Origin: Eledone cirrhosa
Taxonomy: Eukaryota
DNA: 64,000 bases
Direction: 5' to 3'
Assembly: GCA_964016885.1 (NCBI GenBank)
Contig: OZ024740.1
Span: 421,414,001 to 421,478,000, forward strand
Positions 1 through 18,000 of the stretch are shown here, piece after piece. The notes beneath the pieces were generated by a model, which was given only the letters and a program-made list of their open reading frames with translations, was not told where the DNA came from and made no database searches. Positions within the stretch are counted from its first letter, which is position 1. Each line of letters begins with the position of its first letter. The translations under genes were made by a program, and so were the position numbers.

Positions 1-3000
1 ATATTATATATCTCACCTGTCACAATACTATATATCTCACCTGTCACAACACTATATATCTCACCTGTCACAATACTATATATCTCACCTGTCACAATAC
101 TATATATCTCACCTGTCACAATACTACATATCTCACCTGTCACAATATTACATATCTCACCTGTTACAATACTACATATCTCACCTGTCACAATATTACA
201 TATCTCACCTGTCACAATATTACATATCTCACCTGTTACAATACTATTTATCTCACCTGTCACAATACTATATATCTCACCTGTCACAATACTACATATC
301 TCACCTGTCACAATACTACATATCTCACCTATCACAATATTATATATCTCACCTGTCACAATATTACATATCTCACCTGTCACTATACTATATATCTCAC
401 CTGTCACAATACTACATATCTCACCTGTCACAATATTATATATTTCACATGTCACAATACTACATATCTCACCTGTCACAATACTATATATCTCACCTGT
501 CACAACATTATATATCTCACCTGTCACAATACTATATATCTGACCTGTCACAATACTACACACCTCACCTGTCACAATATTACATATCTCACCTGTGACA
601 ATATTACACATCTCACCTGTCACAATATTACATATCTCACCTGTCACAATACTACATACCTCACTTGTCACAATACTCCATCTCTCACCTGACACAATAC
701 TACATATCTCAGCTATCACAATACTACATATCTCACCTGTCACAATATTACATATCTCACCTGTCACAATACTACATATCTCATCTGTCACAATACTACA
801 TATCTCACCTGTCACAATACTATATATCTCACTTGTCACAACATTATATATCTCACCTATCACAATACTACATATCTTACCTGTCACAATACTATATATC
901 TCACCTGTCACAATACTATATATCTCACCTGTCACAACATTATATATCTCACCTGTCACAATACTACATATCTCACCTGTCACAATACTATATATCTCAC
1001 CTGTCACAATACTATATATCTCACCTGTCACAATACTACATATCTCACCTGTCACAATACTACATATCCACCTGTCACAATATTACATATCTCACCTGTC
1101 ACAAAACTACATATCTCACCTGTTACAATACTACATATCTCACTTGTCACAATATTACATATCTCACCTGTCACAATATTACATATCTCACCTGTTACAA
1201 TACTATATATCTCACCTGTCACTACTATTTATCTCACCTGTCACAATACTACATATCTCACCTGTCACAATACTACATATCTCACCTGTCACAATATTAC
1301 ATATCTCACCTGTCACAATATTACATATCTCACCTGTCACAATATTACATATCTTACCTGTTACAATACTATATATCTCACCTGTCACAATACTACATAT
1401 CTCACCTGTCACAATACTACATATCTCACCTGTCACAATACTATATATCTCACCTGTCACAATACTACATATCTCACCTGTCACAATATTACATATCTCA
1501 CCTGTCACAATACTACATATCTCACCTGTCACAATATTATATATCTCACCTGACATAATACTACATATCTCACCTGTCACAATACTACATATCTCACCTG
1601 TCACAACACTATATATCTCACTGGTCCCAATACTACATATCTCACCTGTCACAATATTACATATCTCACCTGTCACAATATTACATATCTCACCTGTCAC
1701 AATACTACATATCTCACCTGTTACAATACTACAGATCTCACCTGTCACAATACTATATATCTCACCTGTTACAATACTACATATCTCACCTGTCACAATA
1801 CTACATATCTCACTTGTCACAATACTATATATCTCACCTGTCACAATACTATATATCTCACCTGTCACAATATTATATATCTCACCTGTCACAATACTAT
1901 ATATCTCACCTGTCACAATACTATATATATCACCTGTCACAATACTATATATCTCACCTGTTACAATACTACATATCTCACCTGTCACAATACTACATAT
2001 CTCACATGTCACAATACTATATATCTCACCTGTCACAATACTACATATCTCACCTGTCACAATACTACATATTTCACCTGTCACAATACTATATATCTCA
2101 CCTGTCACAATATTACATATCTCACCTGTCACAATACTACATATCTCACCTCTCACAATATTACATATCTCACCTGTCACAATACTATATATCTCACCTG
2201 TTACAATTCTACATATCTCACCTGTCACAATACTATATATCTCATCTGTCACAACATTATATATCTCACCTGTCACAATACTACATATCTCACCTGTCAC
2301 AATACTATATATCTCACCTGTCACAATACTATATATCTCACCTGTCACTATACTACATATCTCACCTGTCACAAAACTACATATCTCACCTGTCACAATA
2401 CTACATATCTCACCTCTCACAATATTACATATCACCTGTCACAATACTACATATCTCACCTGTCACAACACTATATATCTCACTGGTCCCAATACTACAT
2501 ATCTCACCTGTCACAATATTACATATCTCACCTGTCACAATATTACATATCTCACCTGTCACAATACTACATATCTCACCTGTTACAATACTACATATCT
2601 CACCTGTCACAAAACTACATATCTCACCTGTCACAATACTACATATCTCACCTCTCACAATATTACATATCACCTGTCACAATACTATATATCTCACCTG
2701 TCACAATATTACATATCTCACCTCTCACAATACTATATATCTCACCTGTCACAATACTACATATCTCACCTGTTACAATATTATATATCTCACTTGTTAC
2801 AATACTATATATCTCACCTGTCACAATACTATATATCTCACCCGTTACAATACTACATGTCTCACCTGTCACAATACTACATATCTCACCTGTCACAATA
2901 CTATATATCTCACCTGTCACAATACTACATATTTCATCTTTCACAATACTATATATCTCACCTGTCACAATATTATATATCTCACCTGTCACAATACTAT

Positions 3001-6000
3001 ATATCTCACCTGTCACAACACTATATATCTCACCTGTCACAATACTATATATCTCACCTGTCACAATACTATATATCTCACCTGTCACAATACTACATAT
3101 CTCACCTGTCACAATATTACATATCTCACCTGTTACAATACTACATATCTCACCTGTCACAATATTACATATCTCACCTGTCACAATATTACATATCTCA
3201 CCTGTTACAATACTATTTATCTCACCTGTCACAATACTATATATCTCACCTGTCACAATACTACATATCTCACCTGTCACAATACTACATATCTCACCTA
3301 TCACAATATTATATATCTCACCTGTAACAATATTACATATCTCACCTGTCAATACTATATATCTCACCTGTCACAATACTATATATCTCACCTGTCACAA
3401 TATTACATATCTCACCTGTCACAATACTATATATCTCACCTGTCACAATACTACATATCTCACCTGTCACAATATTATATATCTCACCTGTCACAATACT
3501 ACATATCTCACCTGTCACAATACTATATATCTCACCTGTCACAACATTATAAATCTCACCTGTCACAATACTATATATCTGACCTGTCACAATACTACAC
3601 ACCTCACCTGTGACAATATTACATATCTCACCTGTGACAATATTACACATCTCACCTGTCACTATATTACATATCTCACCTGTCACAATATTACATATCT
3701 CACCTGTCACAATACTACATACCTCACTTGTCACAATACTCCATCTCTCACCTGTCACAATACTACATATCTCAGCTGTCACAATACTACATATCTCACC
3801 TGTCACAATATTACATATCTCACCTGTCACAATACTACATATCTCACCTGTCACAATACTACATATCTCATCTGTCACAATACTACATATCTCACCTCTC
3901 ACAATACTATGTATCTCACTTGTCACAACATTATATATCTCACCTGTCACAATACTACATGTCTTACCTGTCACAATACTATATATCTCACCTGTCACAA
4001 TACTATATATCTCACCTGTCACAATACTATATATCTGACATGTCACAATACTACACACCTCACCTGTCACAATATTACATATCTCACCTGTGACAATATT
4101 ACACATCTCACCTGTCACTATATTACATATCTCACCTGTCACAATATTACATATCTCACCTGTCACAATACTACATACCTCACTTGTCACAATACTCCAT
4201 CTCTCACCTGTCACAATACTACATATCTCAGCTGTCACACTACTACATATCTCACCTGTCACAATATTACATATCTCACCTGTCACAATACTACATATCT
4301 CACCTGTCAAAATACTATATATCTCACCTGTCACAATACTATATATCTCACCTGTCACAATACTACATATCTCACCTGTCACAATACTACATATCTTACA
4401 TGTCACTACTATATATCTCACCTGTCACAATACTGCATATCTCACCTGTCACAATACTCCATCTCTCACCTGTCACAATATTACATATCTCACCTGTTAC
4501 AATACTACATATCTCACCTGTCACAATATTATATATCTCACCTGTCACAATATTACATATCTCACCTGTCACAATACTATATATCTCACCTGTCACAATA
4601 CTATATATCTCACCTGTCACAATATTACATATCTCACCTGTCACAATACTATATATCTCACCTGTTACAATACTACATATCTCACCTGTCACAATATTAT
4701 ATATCTCACCTGTCACAATACTACATATCTCACCTGTCACAATACTATATATCTCACCTGTCACAACATTATAAATCTCACCTGTCACAATACTATATAT
4801 CTGACCTGTCACAATACTACACACCTCACCTGTCACAATATTACATATCTCACCTGTGACAATATTACACATCTCACCTGTCACTATATTACATATCTCA
4901 CCTGTCACAATATTACATATCTCACCTGTCACAATACTACATACCTCACTTGTCACAATACTCCATCTCTCACCTGTCACAATACTACATATCTCAGCTG
5001 TCACAATACTACATATCTCACCTGTCACAATATTACATATCTCACCTGTCACAATACTACATATCTCACCTGTCACAATACTACATATCTCATCTGTCAC
5101 AATACTACATATCTCACCTCTCACAATACTATATATCTCACTTGTCACAACATTATATATCTCACCTGTCACAATACTACATATCTTACCTGTCACAATA
5201 CTATATATCTCACCTGTCACAATAATATATATCTCACCTGTCACAATACTATATATCTGACCTGTCACAATACTACACACCTCACCTGTCACAATATTAC
5301 ATATCTCACCTGTGACAATATTACACATCTCACCTGTCACTATATTACATATCTCACCTGTCACAATATTACATATCTCACCTGTCACAATACTACATAC
5401 CTCACTTGTCACAATACTCCATCTCTCACCTGTCACAATACTACATATCTCAGCTGTCACAATACTACATATCTCACCTGTCACAATATTACATATCTCA
5501 CCTGTCACAATACTACATATCTCACCTGTCAAAATACTATATATCTCACCTGTCACAATACTATATATCTCACCTGTCACAATACTACATATCTCACCTG
5601 TCACAATACTACATATCTTACCTGTCACTACTATATATCTCACCTGTCACAATACTGCATATCTCACCTGTCACAATACTCCATCTCTCACCTGTCACAA
5701 TACTACATATCTCACCTGTTACAATACTACACATCTCACCTGTCACAATATTACATATCTCACCTGTTACAATACTATATATCTCACCTGTCACAATACT
5801 ACATATCTCACCTGTCACAATACTATATATCTCACCTGTCACAATACTATATATCACATCTGTCACAATACTACATATCTCACCTGTCACAATACTACAT
5901 ATCTCACCTGTCACAATACTATATATCTCACCTGTCACAATACTACATATCTCACCTGTCACAATATTACATATCTCACCTGTCACAATATTACATATCT

Positions 6001-9000
6001 CACCTGTCACAATACTACATATCTCACTTGTCACAATACTATATATCTCACCTGTCACAATACTATATATCTCACCTGTCACAATACTATATATCTCACC
6101 TGTCACAATACTATATATCTCACTTGTCACAATACTATATATCTCACCTCTCACAATACTATATATCTCACCTGTCACAATACTACATATCTCACCTGTT
6201 ACAATATTATATATCTCACTTGTTACAATACTATATATCTCACCTGTCACAATACTATATATCTCACCCGTTACAATACTACATATCTCACCTGTCACAA
6301 TACTACATATCTCACCTGTCACAATACTATATATCTCACCTGTCACAATACTACATATTTCACCTTTCACAATACTATATATCTCACCTGTCACAATATT
6401 ATATATCTCACCTGTCACAATACTATATATCTCACCTGTCACAACACTATATATCTCACCTGTCACAATACTATATATCTCACCTGTCACAATACTATAT
6501 ATCTCACCTGTCACAATACTACATATCTCACCTGTCACAATATTACATATCTCACCTGTTACAATACTACATATCTCACCTGTCACAATATTACATATCT
6601 CACCTGTCACAATATTACATATCTCACCTGTTACAATACTATTTATCTCACCTGTCACAATACTATATATCTCACCTGTCACAATACTACATATCTCACC
6701 TGTCACAATACTACATATCTCACCTATCACAATATTATATATCTCACCTGTCACAATATTACATATCTCACCTGTCACTATACTATATATCTCACCTGTC
6801 ACAATACTACATATCTCACCTGTCACAATATTATATATTTCACATGTCACAATACTACATATCTCACCTGTCACAATACTATATATCTCACCTGTCACAA
6901 CATTATATATCTCACCTGTCACAATACTATATATCTGACCTGTCACAATACTACACACCTCACCTGTCACAATATTACATATCTCACCTGTGACAATATT
7001 ACACATCTCACCTGTCACAATATTACATATCTCACCTGTCACAATACTACATACCTCACTTGTCACAATACTCCATCTCTCACCTGACACAATACTACAT
7101 ATCTCAGCTATCACAATACTACATATCTCACCTGTCACAATATTACATATCTCACCTGTCACAATACTACATATCTCATCTGTCACAATACTACATATCT
7201 CACCTGTCACAATACTATATATCTCACTTGTCACAACATTATATATCTCACCTATCACAATACTACATATCTTACCTGTCACAATACTATATATCTCACC
7301 TGTCACAATACTATATATCTCACCTGTCACAACATTATATATCTCACCTGTCACAATACTACATATCTCACCTGTCACAATACTATATATCTCACCTGTC
7401 ACAATACTATATATCTCACCTGTCACAATACTACATATCTCACCTGTCACAATACTACATATCCACCTGTCACAATATTACATATCTCACCTGTCACAAA
7501 ACTACATATCTCACCTGTTACAATACTACATATCTCACTTGTCACAATATTACATATCTCACCTGTCACAATATTACATATCTCACCTGTTACAATACTA
7601 TATATCTCACCTGTCACTACTATTTATCTCACCTGTCACAATACTACATATCTCACCTGTCACAATACTACATATCTCACCTGTCACAATATTACATATC
7701 TCACCTGTCACAATATTACATATCTCACCTGTCACAATATTACATATCTTACCTGTTACAATACTATATATCTCACCTGTCACAATACTACATATCTCAC
7801 CTGTCACAATACTACATATCTCACCTGTCACAATACTATATATCTCACCTGTCACAATACTACATATCTCACCTGTCACAATATTACATATCTCACCTGT
7901 CACAATACTACATATCTCACCTGTCACAATATTATATATCTCACCTGACATAATACTACATATCTCACCTGTCACAATACTACATATCTCACCTGTCACA
8001 ACACTATATATCTCACTGGTCCCAATACTACATATCTCACCTGTCACAATATTACATATCTCACCTGTCACAATATTACATATCTCACCTGTCACAATAC
8101 TACATATCTCACCTGTTACAATACTACAGATCTCACCTGTCACAATACTATATATCTCACCTGTTACAATACTACATATCTCACCTGTCACAATACTACA
8201 TATCTCACTTGTCACAATACTATATATCTCACCTGTCACAATACTATATATCTCACCTGTCACAATATTATATATCTCACCTGTCACAATACTATATATC
8301 TCACCTGTCACAATACTATATATATCACCTGTCACAATACTATATATCTCACCTGTTACAATACTACATATCTCACCTGTCACAATACTACATATCTCAC
8401 ATGTCACAATACTATATATCTCACCTGTCACAATACTACATATCTCACCTGTCACAATACTACATATTTCACCTGTCACAATACTATATATCTCACCTGT
8501 CACAATATTACATATCTCACCTGTCACAATACTACATATCTCACCTCTCACAATATTACATATCTCACCTGTCACAATACTATATATCTCACCTGTTACA
8601 ATTCTACATATCTCACCTGTCACAATACTATATATCTCATCTGTCACAACATTATATATCTCACCTGTCACAATACTACATATCTCACCTGTCACAATAC
8701 TATATATCTCACCTGTCACAATACTATATATCTCACCTGTCACTATACTACATATCTCACCTGTCACAAAACTACATATCTCACCTGTCACAATACTACA
8801 TATCTCACCTCTCACAATATTACATATCACCTGTCACAATACTACATATCTCACCTGTCACAACACTATATATCTCACTGGTCCCAATACTACATATCTC
8901 ACCTGTCACAATATTACATATCTCACCTGTCACAATATTACATATCTCACCTGTCACAATACTACATATCTCACCTGTTACAATACTACATATCTCACCT

Positions 9001-12000
9001 GTCACAAAACTACATATCTCACCTGTCACAATACTACATATCTCACCTCTCACAATATTACATATCACCTGTCACAATACTATATATCTCACCTGTCACA
9101 ATATTACATATCTCACCTGTCACAATACTATATATCTCACCTGTCACAATATTACATAGCTCACCTGTCACAATACTATATATCTCACCTGTCACAATAC
9201 TATATATCTCACCTGTCACAATACTATATATCTCACCTGTCACAATACTATATATCTCACTTGTCACAATACTATATATCTAACCTGTCACAATACTATA
9301 TATCTCACCTGTCACAATACTACATATCTCACCTGTTACAATACTATATATCTCACCTGTTGCAATACTATATATCTCACCTGTCACAATACTATATATC
9401 TCACCTGTTACAATACTACATATCTCACCTGTAACAATACTATATATCTCACCTGTCACAATACTACATATTTCACCTTTCACAATACTATATGTCTCAC
9501 CTGTCACAATATTATATATCTCACCTGTCACAATACTATATATCTCACCTGTCACAATACTATATATCTCACCTGTCACAATACTACATATCTCACCTGT
9601 CACAATATTACATATCTCACCTTGTTACAATACTATATATCTCACCTGTCACAATATTACATATCTCACCTGTCACAATACTATATATCTCACCTGTCAC
9701 AATACTACATATCTCACCTGTCACAATATTATATATCTCACCTGTCACAATACTACATATCTCACCTGTCACAATACTATATATCTCACCTGTCACAACA
9801 TTATAAATCTCACCTGTCACAATACTATATATCTGACCTGTCACAATACTACACACCTCACCTGTCACAATATTACATATCTCACCTGTGACAATATTAC
9901 ACATCTCACCTGTCACTATATTACATATCTCACCTGTCACAATATTACATATCTCACCTGTCACAATACTACATACCTCACTTGTCACAATACTCCATCT
10001 CTCACCTGTCACAATACTACATATCTCAGCTGTCACAATACTACATATCTCACCTGTCACAATATTACATATCTCACCTGTCACAATACTACATATCTCA
10101 TCTGTCACAATACTACATATCTCACCTCTCACAATACTATATATCTCACTTGTCACAACATTATATATCTCACCTGTCACAATACTACATATCTTACCTG
10201 TCACAATACTATATATCTCACCTGTCACAATACTATATATCTCACCTGTCGCAACATTATATATCTCACCTGTCACAATACTATATATCTGACCTGTCAC
10301 AATACTACACACCTCACCTGTCACAATATTACACATCTCACCTGTCACTATATTACATATCTCACCTGTCACAATATTACATATCTCACCTGTCACAATA
10401 CTACATACCTCACTTGTCACAATACTCCATCTCTCACCTGTCACAATACTACATATCTCAGCTGTCACAATACTACATATCTCACCTGTCACAATATTAC
10501 ATATCTCACCTGTCACAATACTACATATCTCACCTGTCAAAATACTATATATCTCACCTGTCAAAATACTATATATCTCACCTGTCACAATACTATATAT
10601 CTCACCTGTCACAATACTACATATCTCACCTGTCACAATACTACATATCTTACCTGTCACTACTATATATCTCACCTGTCACAATACTGCATATCTCACC
10701 TGTCACAATACTCCATCTCTCACCTGTCACAATACTACATATCTCACCTGTTACAATACTACACATCTCACCTGTCACAATATTACATATCTCACCTGTT
10801 ACAATACTATATATCTCACCTGTCACAATACTACATATCTCACCTGTCACAATACTATATATCTCACCTGTCACAATACTATATATCTCACCTGTCACAA
10901 TACTACATATCTCACCTGTCACAATATTACATATCTCACCTGTCACAATATTACATATCTCACCTGTCACAATACTATATATCTCACCTGTCACAATACT
11001 ACATATCTCACCTGTCACAATACTACATATCTCACCTATCACAATATTACATATCTCACCTGTCACAATATTACATATCTCACCTGTCACAATACTATAT
11101 ATCTCACCTGTCACAATACTACATATCTCACCTGTCACAATACTATATATCTCACCTGTCACATTATATATCTCATCTGTCACAATACTATATATCTGAC
11201 CTGTCACAATACTACACACCTCACCTGTCACAATATTACATATCTCACCTGTGACAATATTACACATCTCACCTGTCACAATATTACATATCTCACCTGT
11301 CACAATACTACATACCTCACTTGTCACAATACTCCATCTCTCACCTGTCATAATACTACATATCTCACCTGTCACAATACTACATATCTCACCTGTCACA
11401 ATATTACATATCTCACCTGTCACAATACTACATATCTCATCTGTCACAATACTACATATCTCACCTGTCACAATACTATATATCTCACTTGTCACAACAT
11501 TATATATCTCACCTGTCACAATACTACATATCTTACCTGTCACAATACTATATATCTCACCTGTCAAAATACTATATATCTCACCTGTCACAACATTATA
11601 TATCTCACCTGTCACAATACTACATATCTCACCTGTCACAATACTATATATCTCACCTGTCACAATACTATATATCTCACCTGTCACAATACTACATATC
11701 TCACCTGTCACAATACTACATATCCACCTGTCACAATATTACATATCTCACCTGTCACAATACTACATATCTCACCTGTCACAATATTACATATCTCACC
11801 TGTCACAATATTACATATCTCACCTGTCACAATATTACATATCTCACCTGTCACAATATTACATATCTCACCTGTCACAATATTACATATCTTACCTGTT
11901 ACAATACTATATATCTCACCTGTCACAATACTACATATCTCACCTGTCACAATACTACATATCTCACCTGTCACAATACTATATATCTCACCTGTCACAA

Positions 12001-15000
12001 TACTACATATCTCACCTGTCACAATATTACATATCTCACCTGTCACAATACTACATATCTCACCTGTCACAATATTATATATCTCACCTGACATAATACT
12101 ACATATCTCACCTGTCACAATACTACATATCTCACCTGTCACAACACTATATATCTCACTGGTCCCAATACTACATATCTCACCTGTCACAATATTACAT
12201 ATCTCACCTGTCACAATATTACATATCTCACCTGTCACAATACTACATATCTCACCTGTTACAATACTACAGATCTCACCTGTCACAATACTATATATCT
12301 CACCTGTTACAATACTACATATCTCACCTGTCACAATACTACATATCTCACTTGTCACAATACTATATATCTCACCTGTCACAATACTATATATCTCACC
12401 TGTCACAATATTATATATCTCACCTGTCACAATACTATATATCTCACCTGTCACAATACTATATATCTCACCTGTCACAATACTATATATCTCACCTGTC
12501 ACAATATTATATATCTCACATGTCACAATACTATATATCTCACCTGTCACAATACTACACATCTCACCTGTCACAATACTACATATTTCACCTGTCACAA
12601 TACTATATATCTCACCTGTCACAATATTATATATCTCACCTGTCACTATACTACATATCTCACCGGTCACAATACTACATATCTCATCTCTCACAATACT
12701 ACATATCTCACCTGTCACAATATTACATATCTCACCTGTCACAATACTACATATCTCACCTCTCACAATATTACATATCTCACCTGTCACAATACTATAT
12801 ATCTCACCTGTTACAATACTACATATCTCACCTGTCACAATACTATATATCTCATCTGTCACAACATTATATATCTCACCTGTCACAATACTACATATCT
12901 CACCTGTCACAATACTATATATCTCACCTGTCACAATACTATATATCTCACCTGTCACTATACTACATATCTCACCTGTCACAAAACTACATATCTCACC
13001 TGTCACAATACTACATATCTCACCTCTCACAATATTACATATCACCTGTCACAATACTACATATCTCACCTGTCACAACACTATATATCTCACTGGTCCC
13101 AATACTACATATCTCACCTGTCACAATATTACATATCTCACCTGTCACAATATTACATATCTCACCTGTCACAATACTACATATCTCACCTGTTACAATA
13201 CTACATATCTCACCTGTCACAAAACTACATATCTCACCTGTCACAATACTACATATCTCACCTCTCACAATATTACATATCACCTGTCACAATACTATAT
13301 ATCTCACCTGTCACAATATTACATATCTCACCTGTCACAATACTATATATCTCACCTGTCACAATATTACATAGCTCACCTGTCACAATACTATATATCT
13401 CACCTGTCACAATACTATATATCTCACCTGTCACAATACTATATATCTCACCTGTCACAATACTATATATCTCACTTGTCACAATACTATATATCTAACC
13501 TGTCACAATACTATATATCTCACCTGTTACAATACTACATATCTCACCTGTAACAATACTATATATCTCACCTGTCACAATACTACATATTTCACCTGTC
13601 ACAATACTATATATCTCACCTGTCACAATACTACATATCTCACCTGTCACAATATTATATATCTCACCTGTCACAATACTACATATCTCACCTGTCACAA
13701 TACTATATATCTCACCTGTCACAACATTATAAATCTCACCTGTCACAATACTATATATCTGACCTGTCACAATACTACACACCTCACCTGTCACAATATT
13801 ACATATCTCACCTGTGACAATATTACACATCTCACCTGTCACTATATTACATATCTCACCTGTCACAATATTACATATCTCACCTGTCACAATACTACAT
13901 ACCTCACTTGTCACAATACTCCATCTCTCACCTGTCACAATACTACATATCTCAGCTGTCACAATACTACATATCTCACCTGTCACAATATTACATATCT
14001 CACCTGTCACAATACTACATATCTCATCTGTCACAATACTACATATCTCACCTCTCACAATACTATATATCTCACTTGTCACAACATTATATATCTCACC
14101 TGTCACAATACTACATATCTTACCTGTCACAATACTATATATCTCACCTGTCACAATACTATATATCTCACCTGTCGCAACATTATATATCTCACCTGTC
14201 ACAATACTATATATCTGACCTGTCACAATACTACACACCTCACCTGTCACAATATTACACATCTCACCTGTCACTATATTACATATCTCACCTGTCACAA
14301 TATTACATATCTCACCTGTCACAATACTACATACCTCACTTGTCACAATACTCCATCTCTCACCTGTCACAATACTACATATCTCAGCTGTCACAATACT
14401 ACATATCTCACCTGTCACAATATTACATATCTCACCTGTCACAATACTACATATCTCACCTGTCAAAATACTATATATCTCACCTGTCAAAATACTATAT
14501 ATCTCACCTGTCACAATACTATATATCTCACCTGTCACAATACTACATATCTCACCTGTCACAATACTACATATCTTACCTGTCACTACTATATATCTCA
14601 CCTGTCACAATACTGCATATCTCACCTATCACAATACTCCATCTCTCACCTGTCACAATACTACATATCTCACCTGTTACAATACTACACATCTCACCTG
14701 TCACAATATTACATATCTCACCTGTTACAATACTATATATCTCACCTGTCACAATACTACATATCTCACCTGTCACAATACTATATATCTCACCTGTCAC
14801 AATACTATATATCACATCTGTCACAATACTACATATCTCACCTGTCACAATACTACATATCTCACCTGTCACAATACTATATATCTCACCTGTCACAATA
14901 CTACATATCTCACCTGTCACAATATTACATATCTCACCTGTCACAATATTACATATCTCACCTGTCACAATACTATATATCTCACCTGTCACAATACTAC

Positions 15001-18000
15001 ATATCTCACCTGTCACAATACTACATATCTCACCTATCACAATATTACATATCTCACCTGTCACAATATTACATATCTCACCTGTCACAATACTACATAT
15101 CTCACCTGTCACAATACTATATATCTCACCTGTCACAATACTACATATCTCACCTGTCACAATACTATATATCTCACCTGTCACATTATATATCTCATCT
15201 GTCACAATACTATATATCTGACCTGTCACAATACTACACACCTCACCTGTCACAATATTACATATCTCACCTGTGACAATATTACACATCTCACCTGTCA
15301 CAATATTACATATCTCACCTGTCACAATACTACATACCTCACTTGTCACAATACTCCATCTCTCACCTGTCATAATACTACATATCTCAGCTATCACAAT
15401 ACTACATATCTCACCTGTCACAATATTACATATCTCACCTGTCACAATACTACATATCTCATCTGTCACAATACTACATATCTCACCTGTCACAATACTA
15501 TATATCTCACTTGTCACAACATTATATATCTCACCTGTCACAATACTACATATCTTACCTGTCACAATACTATATATCTCACCTGTCACAATACTATATA
15601 TCTCACCTGTCACAACATTATATATCTCACCTGTCACAATACTACATATCTCACCTGTCACAATACTATATATCTCACCTGTCACAATACTATATATCTC
15701 ACCTGTCACAATACTACATATCTCACCTGTCACAATACTACATATCCACCTGTCACAATATTACATATCTCACCTGTCACAATACTACATATCTCACCTG
15801 TCACAATATTACATATCTCACCTGTCACAATATTACATATCTCACCTGTCACAATATTACATATCTCACCTGTCACAATATTACATATCTCACCTGTCAC
15901 AATATTACATATCTTACCTGTTACAATACTATATATCTCACCTGTCACAATACTACATATCTCACCTGTCACAATACTACATATCTCACCTGTCACAATA
16001 CTATATATCTCACCTGTCACAATACTACATATCTCACCTGTCACAATATTACATATCTCACCTGTCACAATACTACATATCTCACCTGTCACAATATTAT
16101 ATATCTCACCTGACATAATACTACATATCTCACCTGTCACAATACTACATATCTCACCTGTCACAACACTATATATCTCACTGGTCCCAATACTACATAT
16201 CTCACCTGTCACAATATTACATATCTCACCTGTCACAATATTACATATCTCACCTGTCACAATACTACATATCTCACCTGTTACAATACTACAGATCTCA
16301 CCTGTCACAATACTATATATCTCACCTGTTACAATACTACATATCTCACCTGTCACAATACTACATATCTCACTTGTCACAATACTATATATCTCACCTG
16401 TCACAATACTATATATCTCACCTGTCACAATATTATATATCTCACCTGTCACAATACTATATATCTCACCTGTCACAATACTATATATCTCACCTGTCAC
16501 AATACTATATATCTCACCTGTCACAATATTATATATCTCACATGTCACAATACTATATATCTCACCTGTCACAATACTACATATCTCACCTGTCACAATA
16601 CTACATATTTCACCTGTCACAATACTATATATCTCACCTGTCACAATATTATATATCTCACCTGTCACTATACTACATATCTCACCGGTCACAATACTAC
16701 ATATCTCATCTCTCACAATACTACATATCTCACCTGTCACAATACTACATATCTCACCTCTCACAATATTACATATCTCACCTGTCACAATACTATATAT
16801 CTCACCTGTCACAATACTATATATCTCACCTGTCACAATATTACATATCTCACCTGTCACAATACTATATATCTCTCCTGTCACAATATTACATAGCTCA
16901 CCTGTCACAATACTACATATCTCACCTGTCACAATACTATATATCTCACCTGTCACAATACTATATATATCACCTGTCACAATACTATATATCTCACCTG
17001 TTACAATACTACATATCTCACCTGTCACAATACTACATATCTCACATGTCACAATACTATATATCTCACCTGTCACAATACTACATATCTCACCTGTCAC
17101 AATACTACATATTTCACCTGTCACAATACTATATATCTCACCTGTCACAATATTATATATCTCACCTGTCACTATACTACATATCTCACCGGTCACAATA
17201 CGACATATCTCATCTCTCACAATACTACATATCTCACCTGTCACAATATTACATATCTCACCTGTCACAATACTACATATCTCACCTCTCACAATATTAC
17301 ATATCTCACCTGTCACAATACTATATATCTCACCTGTTACAATACTACATATCTCACCTGTCACAATACTATATATCTCATCTGTCACAACATTATATAT
17401 CTCACCTGTCACAATACTACATATCTCACCTGTCACAATACTATATATCTCACCTGTCACAATACTATATATCTCACCTGTCACTATACTACATATCTCA
17501 CCTGTCACAAAACTACATATCTCACCTGTCACAATACTACATATCTCACCTCTCACAATATTACATATCACCTGTCACAATACTACATATCTCACCTGTC
17601 ACAACACTATATATCTCACTGGTCCCAATACTACATATCTCACCTGTCACAATATTACATATCTCACCTGTCACAATATTACATATCTCACCTGTCACAA
17701 TACTACATATCTCACCTGTTACAATACTACATATCTCACCTGTCACAAAACTACATATCTCACCTGTCACAATACTACATATCTCACCTCTCACAATATT
17801 ACATATCACCTGTCACAATACTATATATCTCACCTGTCACAATATTACATATCTCACCTGTCACAATACTATATATCTCACCTGTTACAATATTACATAG
17901 CTCACCTGTCACAATACTATATATCTCACCTGTCACAATACTATATATCTCACCTGTCACAATACTATATATCTCACCTGTCACAATACTATATATCTCA